Below are positions 1-11,022 of a stretch of 21,112 nucleotides of DNA, in pieces. The stretch's first letter is position 1, and each line of letters starts with the position of its first letter. The stretch comes from Octopus sinensis. Taxonomy: Eukaryota. The stretch is from assembly GCF_006345805.1 (NCBI RefSeq), contig NW_021836237.1, forward strand, positions 1-21,112, in the 5' to 3' direction. Made by a program: the position numbers and the translations under genes. The notes under the pieces were generated by a model. It worked only from the letters and a program-made list of their open reading frames with translations, was not told where the DNA came from and made no database searches.

Positions 1-51
1 ATCCTAGAAGACACTCACACACAACAGACAGAACGGATTTTATATAATAGA
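1..51 (-). mobile_element. Probable 5' end of a non-autonomous Helitron-like element, cut by the window edge
   Basis: Minus strand reads A|TCTATTATATAAAATCCGTTCTGTCTGT, resembling the 5' end of the element at 14054-14426. Confidence 0.45.
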
Positions 52-71
52 TATAAATATGTATATATATA

Positions 72-461
72 GGCGCAGGAGTGGCTGTGTGGTAAGTAGC
101 TTGCTTACCAACCACATGGTTCCGGGTTCAGTCCCACTGTGTGGCACCTTGGGCAAGTGTCTTCTACTATAGCCTCGGGCCGACCGAAGCCTTGTGAATG
201 GATTTGGTTTACGGAAACTGAAAGAAGCCCATCGTATATATATGTATATATATATATAATATATGTGTGCATGTATGTTTGTGTGTCTGTGTTTGTCCCC
301 CTAGCATTGCTTGACAACCAATGCTGGTGTGTTTATGTCTCCGTCACTTAGCGGTTCGGCAAAAGAGACCGATAGAATAAGTACTGGGCTTACAAAAGAA
401 TAAGTCCCGGGGTCGAATTGCTCGATTAAAGGTGGTGCTGAAACAAGTAAAAGCGTAAAAG
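72..461 (+). mobile_element. tRNA-derived SINE family A, near full length with a small 3' deletion
   Basis: A-box-like TGGCTGTGTGG, B-box-like GGTTCAGTCCC, CORE-like CCTTGGGCAAGT, internal (TA)n/(TG)n hinge and GTAAAAGA-type tail; many similar copies in the window. Confidence 0.9.
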
Positions 462-514
462 AGATATGTGTGTGTATGTGTGTGTGTGTGTGTGTGTGTA
501 TTTCCAGGACTTAC

Positions 515-701
515 CTCTGTGGGTGCGTTTTCTGGGTTCCTGTCCCCTGTTCCAAAGTGGCCCCGGTACACGGGGTAAGTCATGTCACGCTCGACAACGT
601 AGGGAGGAATCTCTTCCCACGATGCTTGCAGATTGTCCAGCTTCGTCTCCCCCTCTGGAATGTTGGTCGATGCTGTCGCTAGGACACGTACTACACTGAT
701 G
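515..701 (-). CDS. Delta-like exon: second half of post-EGF domain (DISVVRVLATASTNIPEGETKLDNLQASWEEIPPYVVERDMTYPVYRGHFGTGDRNPENAPTE); gene continues beyond the window start
   Basis: Acceptor tcttcatccatttccag and donor GAG|gtaagt; 187 nt, open, phase 2 to 0, compatible with the previous exon. Confidence 0.85.
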
Positions 702-1064
702 CTGGAAATGGATGAAGATACGTATGGTAGAGTGATGGTTTTAGTGGTTGTAGTGATAATGGGGGAGGGGGAGGTAATGGTAATGGTGATAATGTTTGGG
801 GTGGGGTTAGTGGTGGTTATGAGGACAGTGAAAGGTTGCCCATCAGATTTGAACCCACATCTGGGATCTTTACTGCTTGGCTGTCAATTCTCAATCTCTT
901 CAATTCCTACTTGAGTTGATTTCATATTTGGTGTAATTATATATTTTATATGCTAATCAATGCAATGAAATTCATTTTCACAATAAATCAATAAATACAG
1001 ATTTCGTTTTTGGATTTGGTTTACAAGATTCTTTATATTAGTTTGTGTGTTGAAGCATATTATT

Positions 1065-1525
1065 CTGTTGTGTCTGGGAAGAGTCATTTTCTTTTTGTGC
1101 CTTTTAATTTAACACACTCACCGGTCAAATTTCCACTTATTCCTTATTTTTATTTTCCTAAAATTTATGTCTGGGGAAAGTAATTTTCTTTTTGTGCCTT
1201 ATAATTTAACACACTCACCGGTCAAATTTCCACTTATTCCTTATTTTTATTTTCCTAAAATTTATGTCTGGGGAAAGTAATTTTCTTTTTGTGCCTTATA
1301 ATTTAACACACTCACCGGTCAAACTTTTACTTGTTCCTTATTTTTATTTTCCTAAAATTTTCGTTGCGTCTTGCAAACTTTTCAATTGTCTTGACTACTA
1401 TTGAAAGGTTGCAAGACACAACGAAAATTTTAGGAAAATAAAAATAAGAAATAAGTGGAAATTTTACCGGTGAGTGTGTTAAATTATAAGGCACCAAAAA
1501 AGAATGACTCTCCCCAGACACAATA
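1065..1525. repeat. Three tandem 97-bp units followed by an inverted copy (foldback, MITE-like)
   Basis: GTCTGGG recurs at 1072, 1169 and 1266; about 1265-1385 is the reverse complement of about 1399-1521. Confidence 0.85.
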
Positions 1526-1848
1526 AATATAGAATTATTAACTTTCAAAGTTTGAAAATTTTGAGTAATTTTAACCAATCATAATCCACAGACACATTCA
1601 TATCTGTTTCCATAGTAACAAGCCAAGCATGAGAACTCTTTTGTCTGCGGAAAAGCACTTGTTGATAAATATATTCCACTCGTTGAGGTGGTTGTTAGAT
1701 GTGCTAAAAATAACAGCCAAATGGGCCTTATATCCCGCACCCCCAAAAATTTTGTCTTGAGTTTTGCATTATTGTATGAATTCCTGTGTTTAGAATACAA
1801 ATTCGCAAAAATTTTCCTGAAAATTCAAAAAAATAAAAAATTTATGAA

Positions 1849-2248
1849 GGCGCAGGAGTGGCGGTGTGGTAAGTAGCTTGCTTACCAACCACATGGTTCC
1901 GGGTTCAGTCCCACTGCGTGGCATCTTGGGCAAGTGTCTTCTGCTATAGCCCCGGGCCGACCAATGCCTTGTGAGTGGATTTGGTAGACGGAAACTGAAA
2001 GAAGCCCGTCGTATATATATATATGTGTGCGTGTATGTTTGTGTGTCTGTGTTTGTCCCTCCAACATTGCTTGACAACCGATGCTGGTGTGTTTATGTCC
2101 CCGTTACTTAGCGGTTCAGCAAAAGAGACTGATAGAATAAGTACTGGGCTTACAAAGAATAAGTCCCGGGGTCGAGTTGCTCGACTAAAGGCGGTGCTCC
2201 AGCATGGCCGCAGTCAAATGACTGAAACAAGTAAAAGAGTAAAGAGTA
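1849..2248 (+). mobile_element. SINE family A, full length
   Basis: Collinear with the copies at 72 and 5644. Confidence 0.92.
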
Positions 2249-2551
2249 TGTTTAATGCAGAATTCTACTAGAATTTCATTCATTCACAGTTGACAACACA
2301 TGCTGTCACGCACAAAATGACAGCTTCCAAATCCTGTTTTCTGACTGGGTGAAAATGCCCTAGTTCACTTCTGCTGTTTACAGCAGTGCTTGGAAGGAAG
2401 GTGTGTAGCGTGTGATCTTTGCATTAACCATAAGGGAGTTGTCATGGCGATACCTGCCCAGAGACATGCAAACTTACTGAAAGTAAGGAGAGGAGTGTAT
2501 GAGCCGCGGCCAGAGACCCTTAAAAATAGCTTAATAATTTGAGTAACTTAC

Positions 2552-2711
2552 TCGTCTTCAGCAGTCATTTTGGTCAATCCAATATCTATGTCCAAATGTT
2601 CTTTGCTCAGGCCAACCTGATGAGAAAATAGGTCCTGCAGATCCCTTTTCACAAGGGACACATCAATAGCATCTATGTCACCAATAAGGAAAATCTCGGC
2701 TGAGTTTGAAC
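2552..2711 (-). CDS. Delta-like exon: first half of post-EGF domain (GSNSAEIFLIGDIDAIDVSLVKRDLQDLFSHQVGLSKEHLDIDIGLTKMTAED/D)
   Basis: Acceptor cttctctcttggcag and donor GA|gtaagt; 160 nt, open, phase 1 to 2; unique sequence among repeats. Confidence 0.82.
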
Positions 2712-2907
2712 CTGCCAAGAGAGAAGTTTGATTGGATTACGAAAATCAGGTGATGTGTTGCATGGTGGACAAGCCACTAATTGGTGCGGTTTACTGATTT
2801 TTTGGGGAGGTGGGGGGAGATTTTAATTTTGTTTTTTTAAAATTTTATTTGCTATTTTTTCATCAACAACATTTTTATAACATTTTATAACATTTTAATA
2901 ATATTTA

Positions 2908-3287
2908 CGTGCTGGTGGCACATAAAAAGCACCCACTACACTCTTGGAGTGGTTGGCGTTAGGAAGGGCATCCAGCTGTAGAAACTCTGCCAGATCAAGA
3001 TTGGAGCCTGGTGCAGCCATCTGGTTCGCCAGTCCTCAGTCAAAATCGCCCAACCCATGCCTGCATGGAAAGCGGACGTTAAACGATGATGATGATGATA
3101 TATAATGTAAAAAGCACCCAATACACTCTCGGAGTGGTTGGCATTAGGAAGGGCATCCAGCTGTAGAAACTCTGCCAGATCAAGTTTGGAGCCTGGTGCA
3201 GCCATCTGGTTCACCAGCCCTCAGTCAAAATCGTCCAACCCATGCTAGCATGGAAAGTGGATGTTATACGATGATGATGATGATGAT
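2908..3287 (+). mobile_element. Two tandem 3' fragments of SINE/retroposon family C with (GAT)n tails
   Basis: 2908-3098 and 3106-3287 share AAAAAGCACCCA...AGGAAGGGCATCCAGCTGTAGAAAC...GGA(C/T)GTTA(A/T)ACGATGATGATGA. Confidence 0.8.
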
Positions 3288-3651
3288 TACATATGCAATA
3301 TGCTACTTAGCACATATGCATGTGTGTTTGTGCACGCATAAATGTTGAACGAACCACCCATGTTTCCAAAGGTGAATTATCCAAACCCCAAAAGAATTCC
3401 TCTCAACACATGGCTATGATGCTCCCCCACTACTTCTGCTCGTGATCAGAGATGCACATATTGTCAGCCACTAAGGGACATGGTCAACTGGTTAAGGTCA
3501 AACAATTGACAAGCAAATCTGTGGTATTGAGCAGAATATTTGCTGTAGCCCATCTTTTATACCACTGTTTTAAAACAGTGTACATGATAACACTTCCAAT
3601 TAGTTAAGATCAGAAGCCACGGGAGCCACTGCCTGGTACTGCATCAGGGCA

Positions 3652-3665
3652 TTTATTATTATTAA

Positions 3666-3711
<46 letters not shown>
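3652..3711. repeat. (ATT)n microsatellite
   Basis: Direct reading. Confidence 0.95.
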
Positions 3712-3911
3712 GGTTTCAAATTTTGGCACGAGGCCAGCAATTTCGTGGGAGCGGGTAAATCGATTACATCCCAACCAGCACTCAACAGGTACATATTTTA
3801 TTTTCTCCGGAAGGGATGACGGGATAAGTCAACCTTAGCGGCATTTGAACTTAAAACGGGAAGACGGGTGAAATGTTAGACGGTATTTCGTCCGTCTTCA
3901 TATTCTAAGTT

Positions 3912-3912
<1 letters not shown>
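3712..3912 (-). mobile_element. Diverged copy related to SINE family B, ending in a short foldback
   Basis: Reverse complement resembles GAGTTCAAATTCCGCCGAGGTCGAC...TCATCCTTTCGGG...GTACC...GATGTAATCGA of 15651-16243. Confidence 0.65.
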
Positions 3913-3943
<31 letters not shown>

Positions 3944-4107
3944 TTCATACACAAACATATGGAAATATACACACAAACATGCCGATATACATACACGCAC
4001 AAAAACAGCCATCGACATACAAATACAAACATATTATGATTCTGATCTACACACGCACATACACACACACGCACGCACACATACACACACATACACACAC
4101 ATACACA
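3912..4107. repeat. Imperfect (CA)n tract
   Basis: Direct reading. Confidence 0.85.
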
Positions 4108-4126
4108 TTTGTAAATATATTTATGC

Positions 4127-4745
<619 letters not shown>

Positions 4746-5099
4746 ATAAACTGATTAATAGACGAATACACACAGCCATAAAAAAAGCTCCTTTACTCGC
4801 CATACAGACGTTCTACTACGATTAATGGCGGAATTTCTACCAAGTCTTTGATCATTTATATACAAAAGATACATTTAATGACTCCGATCTACAGCAGCAA
4901 CAACAACAACAAAGACTTTAACTACGGTGAGACTGTATATTTCCCATCAAAACCTCTTGAAACTTTTCAAGTCTGGCGAGACTAAGAAGGCAGATATCAT
5001 TGCAAAGACGGCATTGTGTGAGACAGACGACAGGATGTCGGCCATCTTTGAAACATCTCCGAAAATTGCAATCGATACAGAATGGGGGGTTCAAAAGAA

Positions 5100-5158
5100 A
5101 GGTTTCGTCGGTGTACGACTATTAACAGTTTGTTAAGTATCGTGTGTGTAGATGTTTA

Positions 5159-5206
<48 letters not shown>

Positions 5207-5309
5207 CTTATACAACAATACTTACAGGTATATACATGTGTGTGTGTGTCTAAACATCTACACACACGATACTTAACAAACTGTTAATAGTCGTACACCG
5301 ACGAAACCT
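5100..5309. repeat. Inverted repeat with 73-bp arms (5100-5172 and 5237-5309)
   Basis: AGGTTTCGTCGGTGTACGACTATTAACAG... is the exact reverse complement of ...CTGTTAATAGTCGTACACCGACGAAACCT. Confidence 0.93.
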
Positions 5310-5643
5310 CTCTGTGTGAGAGAGACTGTGATTATATATATATATATAGATATATATATATATATATATATATAAGAAATATTGAATTTCTAAATCTCTC
5401 GTAGAGACATGTACGGTGGTGGGGCGTACAACCATTCTATATATATATATATATACACGCACACACGCACACACACATACATAACCATACAGACACACAA
5501 AAGCCAAGTTAAGTATACGAATGAATAGTCACACACATATTTATATAAGTGTATTCTGTCCGTATACGTGTGTGTGTAAACTTACATGTACAAATGTTTA
5601 TACTATACATATACACACACGAATAATATATATATATATAACG

Positions 5644-5808
5644 GGCGCAGGAGTGGCTGTGTGGTGAGTAGCTTGCTTACCAGCCACATGGTTCCGGGTT
5701 CAGTCCCACTGCGTGGCATCTTGGGCAAGTGTCTTCTGCTATAGCCTCGGGCCGACCAATGCCCTGTGAGTGGATTTGGTAGACGGAAACTGAAAGAAGC
5801 CTGTCGTA

Positions 5809-5853
<45 letters not shown>

Positions 5854-6067
5854 ATATGTTTGTGTATCTGTGTTTGTCCCCCCTAGCATTGCTTGACAAC
5901 CGATGCTGGTGTGTTTGCGTCCCCGTCACTTAGCGGTTCGGCAAAAGAGACCGATAGAATAAGTACTGGGCTTACAAAGAATAAGTCCCGGGGTCGATTT
6001 ACTCGACTAAAGGCGGTGCTCCAGCATGGCCGCAGTCAAATGACTGAAACAAGTAAAAGAGAAAGAG
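5644..6067 (+). mobile_element. SINE family A, full length
   Basis: Collinear with the other copies. Confidence 0.92.
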
Positions 6068-6102
6068 ATATATGTGTGTCTGTGTGTCTATATGATATAT
6101 GT

Positions 6103-6290
6103 ATGGTGGTGGTGGTGGTGGTGGTGGTGATGATGATGATGGTGGTGGTGGTGGCGGTGGTGGTGGTGATGATGATGATGACGACTATGACGATGATGAT
6201 GTTGATGATGATGATGATGATGATAATGATGATGATGATGACACTGATGATGGTGGTGGTGGTGGTGATGGCGACGACAATGACGACAAT
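6103..6290. repeat. Compound (GGT)n/(GAT)n microsatellite
   Basis: Direct reading. Confidence 0.95.
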
Positions 6291-6486
6291 TTATATATCT
6301 GAATAATCTTAAGACAGTGGCCCAAGGGCTGGGGGTGGGTGGCAGAGGTCAGATGTCATGTCACCATTGAGATGGTACAATGCTAGACATAGTTAGGCAT
6401 AAAATTCTCGGCTCGGGATGTTTCTTTGTAATGGGAGTGGACAAGTGTTGGGAACATTGCTGAATGGTGAGCCAAGGTAGACTTAC

Positions 6487-6529
6487 CTGGAGGTTGTGGC
6501 GTGGATGGCAGGTACAATAACGTCGGTAT
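6487..6529 (-). CDS. Delta-like 43-nt exon: Pro-rich linker (IPTLLYLPSTPQPP/G)
   Basis: Acceptor ttctgtccttaacag and consensus donor CAG|gtaagt. Phase 0 to 1 is exactly what is needed to join the flanking exons in frame. Confidence 0.82.
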
Positions 6530-6569
6530 CTGTTAAGGACAGAATTTAAAATGAGAGTCAAAGATTAAA

Positions 6570-7672
6570 GATTGATGACAAAAGATGGAAGATGAAGATT
6601 GGTGACAAAAGATGGAAGATAAAAGATTGATGACAAAAGATGGAAGATAAAAGATTGATGACAAAAGATGGAAGATAAAAGATTGGTGACAAAAGATGGA
6701 AGATAAAAGATTGATGACAAAAGATGGAGGATAAAAGATTGGTGACAAAAGATGGAAGATAAAAGATTGGTGACAAAAGATTGGTGACAAAAGATGGAAG
6801 ATAAAAGATTGGTGACAAAAGATGGAATGATAAAAGATTGATGACAAAAGATGGAATATAAAAGATTGGTGACAAAAGATGGAAGATAAAAGATTGATGA
6901 CAAAAGATGGAGGATAAAAGATTGGTGACAAAAGATGGAAGATAAAAGATTGGTGACAAAAGATTGGTGACAAAAGATGGAAGATAAAAGATTGGTGACA
7001 AAAGATGGAAGATAAAAGATTGATGACAAAAGATGGAATATAAAAGATTGGTGACAAAAGATGGAAGATAAAAGATTGGTGACAAAAGATGGAAGATAAA
7101 AGATTGGTGACAAAAGATGGAAGATAAAAGATTGGTGACAAAAGATGGAAGATAAAAGATTGGTGACAAAAGATGGAAGATAAAAGATTGGTGACAAAAG
7201 ATGGAAGATAAAAGATTGGTGACAAAAGATGGAAGATAAAAGATTGGTGACAAAAGATGGAAGATAAAAGATTGGTCACAAAAGATGGAAGATAAAAGAT
7301 TGATGACAAAAGATGGAAGATAAAAGATTGGTGACAAAAGATGGAAGATAAAATATTGGTGACAAAAGATGGAAGATAAAAGATTGGTGACAAAAGATGG
7401 AAGATGAAAGATTGGTGACAAAAGATGGAAGATAAAAGATTGATGACAAAAGATGGAAGATAAAAGATTGGTGACAAAAGATGGAAGATAAAAGATTGAT
7501 GACAAAAGATGGAAGATAAAAGATTGGTGACAAAAGATGGAAGATAAAAGATTGATGACAAAAGATGGAAGATAAAAGATTGGTGACAAAAGATGGAAGA
7601 TAAAAGATTGGTGACAAAAGATGGAAGATAAAAGATTGATGACAAAAGATGGAAGATAAAAGATTGGTGACA
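6570..7672. repeat. 28-bp minisatellite GATTG(G/A)TGACAAAAGATGGAAGATAAAA, about 39 copies
   Basis: Period 28 (e.g. GACAAAAG at 7081 and 7109); occasional 14-bp half-units. Confidence 0.96.
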
Positions 7673-7680
7673 AAAAAAAA

Positions 7681-8440
7681 TACTGGAAGACATATGTCAA
7701 AAGACAGGTGACAAAAGGATAGAAGACAGATGACATAAGACAGAAGACAAATGACAAAAGACTGATGGTAAAAACAAACAGAAGATAGGTGATAGCTGAC
7801 AAAATATGGAAAATACCAGATAGATGACAAAGAGAAAAGAGATGGCAGTAGATGATAAAAGATTGATGATAAACGAAAGAATATAGATGACTTAAGACTA
7901 AAGACAGAATTAGGATGAAGGAGATAGATGACAGAAGATAAATGATGTCAGACAAAAGACAGAATTTTCATGACAGAAGATAGATGATTGATGACAAAAG
8001 ACAGAATTTTGATGAAGGAGATAGATGATAAAAGACTGAAACAGATGACAAAGGATAGACGATGAAAGACAGATGATAGATGATAGATGGCAAAAGACAG
8101 AAGGTAGATGAAAAGAGACAAAAGGTAGATGATAGATGACAAAAACAGGAACATGACAAAAGACAATAGAAAGAAGATTGAAGATAAAAAAACCAGAAGA
8201 ATACAACAAAAGACTAAAGACAGAACTAATAAAGGATAAAAAGTGATGACTAAAGATTGAAGGAAACAGACACCAGAGAACAAAAGAGAGGGCAGTAGAT
8301 GATAAAAGACTGATGATAGACGAAAGAATATAGACGACTTAAGACTAAAGACAGAATTAAGATGAAGGAGATAGATGATATAATATGAGATAGATGACTA
8401 AAGATTGAAGGAAACAGACACCAGAGAACTAAAGATGATA
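7681..8440. repeat. Degenerate purine-rich low-complexity tract related to the 28-bp unit
   Basis: Recurrent GATGACAAAAGAC/GATAGATG words, plus local duplications such as about 7845-7930 versus 8291-8378. Confidence 0.75.
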
Positions 8441-8445
8441 CTTAC

Positions 8446-9039
8446 CTCACAGGTGGGCCCTGTCCAATCTTCAGGGCAAATGCATGTGAAATGTCCCTGA
8501 CTGTTTAGTTGAGGGTCTTCTTGGTAACAGGTCCCGTTATTTGAGCAGGCGTTCAGAACACAGGGTATCATCTTCATGTCACACAACGGGCCACCCCACC
8601 CGATGGAGCACACACATTCGTATTGATCGTGCCGCTCTATGCAGGTGGAATTTTCGCTGCACTCATTGTCCAAGCAGAGGTCTCGCTCGCTGCAAGTCGG
8701 GCCCGTCCAACCGTGGACACAGACGCACTTGAAGTCATTGACGAAATCCAGGCAGATGGCCCCGTTCCGACACACAGCCGTCGCACATTCGTTGATGTTC
8801 GTTTCGCAGTTCTGGCCTGTGTAACCGGCGGCGCATTCACATGTGTAGCTGCCGTCTGTGTCGTGACATGTGGAGTTGTATTCGCACGGGTTGTCGAAGG
8901 AGTCAAGGCATTCGTTGATCTGTACCTGGCATAATTCTCCTGTATAACCGGTCGCACAGATGCATTTGAAATAAGCCAGCTGGTCGACACATGTGGCCGT
9001 GCCAACACATGGATTGCTACTGCACTCATTGATATCAAT
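8446..9039 (-). CDS. Delta-like exon: EGF4-8 (IDINECSSNPC...CPEDWTGPTCE)
   Basis: Acceptor tttttttttattgcag and donor GAG|gtaagt; 594 nt, phase 0 to 0. Five EGF repeats, three with the calcium-binding-type INEC leader. Confidence 0.96.
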
Positions 9040-9068
9040 CTGCAATAAAAAAAAAGAAGAAACATATA

Positions 9069-9234
9069 GGCACGGGAGTGGCTGTGTGGTAAGTAGCTTG
9101 TTTACCAACCACATGGTTCCGGGTTCAGTCCCCACTGCATGGCACCTTGGGCAACTGTCTTCTACTATAGCCTCAAGCCGACCAAAACCTTGTGAGTGGA
9201 TTTGGTAGACGGAAATTGAAAGAAGCCAGTCGTA

Positions 9235-9324
<90 letters not shown>

Positions 9325-10170
9325 ATATATATATATATATAATATATATAGGTGCAGAGTGGCTGTGTGGTAAGTAGCTTGCCTAACCAACCACATGGTT
9401 CCGGGTTCAGTTCCACTGCGTGGCACCTTGGGCAAGTGTCTTCTGCTATAGCCCTGGGCCGACGAATGCCATGTGAGTGGATTTGGTAGACGGAAACTGA
9501 AAGAAGCCTGTCGTATATATGTATGTATATATATATGTGTGTGTTTGTGTGTCTGTGTTTGTCACCCCAACATCGCTTGACAACCGATGCTGGTGTGTTT
9601 ACGTCCCCTTCACTTAGCGGTTCGCCAAAAAGAGACCGATAGAATAAGTACTGGGCTTACAAAGAATAAGTCCCGGGGTCGATTTGCTCGACTAAAGGCG
9701 GTGCTCCAGCATGGCCACAGTCAACTGACTGAAACAAGTAAAAGAGTAAACTTAGCGGTTCGGCAAAAGAGACCGATAGAATAAGTACTGGGCTTCCTAA
9801 GAATAAGTCCCGGGGTCGATTTGCTCGACTAAGGCGGTGCTCCAGCATGGCCGCAGTCAAATGACTGAAACAAGTAAAAGAGTAAACTTAGCGGTTCGGC
9901 AAAAGAGACCGATAGAATAGTACTACTGGGGCTCCTAAGAATAAGTCCCGGGGTCGATTTGCTCGACTAAAGGCGGTGCTCCAGCATTGGCCGCAGTCAA
10001 ATGACTGAAACAAGTAAAAGAGTAAACTTAGCGGTTCGGCAAAAGAGACCGATAGAATAAGTACTAGGCTTACAAAGAATAAGTCCTGGGGTCGATTTGC
10101 TCGACTAAAGGCGGTGCTCCAGCATGGCCACAGTCAAATGACTGAAACAAGTAAAAGTAAAAGCAAAGTA
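9069..10170 (+). mobile_element. SINE family A cluster: solo head (9069-9233), (TA)n, then a full copy from 9351 with its ~138-bp 3' module present four times in tandem
   Basis: ACTTAGCGGTTCG...GAAACAAGTAAAAG recurs at about 9613, 9750, 9886 and 10027. Confidence 0.9.
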
Positions 10171-10293
10171 AATGTTGTTATATTTCGGAATGGTCATTTT
10201 GCCAGTTTAGCCAATAAAAACACACGCTCTATATATTTGATGTTTTTTTGCTTCAGTGTTATTTATTTTTTACATTAATCTTAATCTTATTTC

Positions 10294-10338
10294 GGCCAGA
10301 GTTCTTTCGTCACACTCCTGTGACTGCATCAGTGGTCC
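10294..10338 (-). ncRNA. Variant minimal type I hammerhead-ribozyme-like motif (gene-sense strand)
   Basis: GGACCA-CTGATGCA-GTCACA(GGAG)TGTGAC-GAAA-GAAC-TC-TGGCC. The core has one extra base relative to CUGANGA; activity unknown. Confidence 0.45.
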
Positions 10339-10401
10339 TTTGTTTTCTTCTTTCTGATGGTTAGTAAGGAGAGCCACACAAATAAGCAAGAAGAAAGCAA
10401 A

Positions 10402-10446
10402 GGACCACTGATGCGGTCACAGGAGTGTGACGAAAGAACTCTGGCC
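10402..10446 (+). ncRNA. Second, inverted copy of the hammerhead-like motif
   Basis: GGACCA-CTGATGCG-GTCACA(GGAG)TGTGAC-GAAA-GAAC-TC-TGGCC; further from consensus than the other copy. Confidence 0.35.
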
Positions 10447-10747
10447 GAAATAAGATTAAGATTAATGTAAAAAATAAATAACACTGAAGCAAAAAAACAT
10501 CAAATATATAGAGCGTGTGTTTTTATTGGCTAAACTGGCAAAATGACCATTCCGAAATATAACAATATCTGTTTCAACACACGACTTCACATAAAAAATC
10601 TTGCACAACAAATATTTAAACGTACTAAAGTAAATGTAATGTTTATTTATTAATTTTGTTTTGAATTAATCATGGATTATCTCGTAACTTTGAGATTTCA
10701 ATGACGGGATTATTTATATTCTCAAAACAATAAAGAGCGCATCTCAC

Positions 10748-10989
10748 CTCACAATCCTGTCCCGCCCAGCCATCCATACATTCACAGAGGTAACCCATGT
10801 GTTGATCAATGCAGGTGGCGTTGTTCTGACAGGGATGCGGCTGGCAGTCATCGATGCTGCTCTCACAGGTGGTTCCTGTCCACCCCTCCGTACAGTTGCA
10901 ATGGAATGTTCCACGGCCATCAATGCATGTCCCATTGTTGGTACAGGGGTCAGATAAGCATTCTAATATTTCGGTTTCACAAAACTGAC
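10748..10989 (-). CDS. Delta-like exon: end of EGF1 plus EGF2-3 (GQFCETEILECLSDPC...GWAGQDCE)
   Basis: Acceptor ttttcccattgccacag and donor GAG|gtgaga; 242 nt, phase 1 to 0; two six-Cys EGF repeats. Confidence 0.95.
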
Positions 10990-11022
10990 CTGTGGCAATG
11001 GGAAAAGGAAAAAAAGGGATTA

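Larger units (their letters stand above)
10176..10626. mobile_element. Foldback insertion with 178-bp inverted arms and an 11-bp target-site duplication; Penelope-like pLTR remnant (inferred)
   Basis: Arms 10175-10352 and 10388-10565 with 2 mismatches; AAAGTAAATGT at 10165-10175 and 10627-10637; hammerhead-like motif in each arm. Confidence 0.7.

Noticed and set aside
72-145. tRNA gene (also at the other SINE heads)
   Set aside because: A/B-box-like motifs run straight into SINE body sequence in many copies, and I cannot build a convincing cloverleaf.
3340-3651. Possible interspersed repeat or exon next to the (ATT)n tract
   Set aside because: Single copy in the window and not needed for the reading frame; cannot be classified without a database search.
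6570-7672. CRISPR-like array of 28-bp repeats
   Set aside because: Units are contiguous with no unique spacers, there are no cas genes, and the context is eukaryotic.
6533-7955. Long hydrophobic ORFs (386, 465 and 210 aa) resembling membrane proteins
   Set aside because: They are translations of a stop-free 28-bp minisatellite, open in all three frames and lying in an intron.
8398-9435. 345-aa single-exon EGF protein from the ORF track
   Set aside because: The N-terminal part is SINE and (TA)n read-through; only 8446-9039 is bounded by splice sites.
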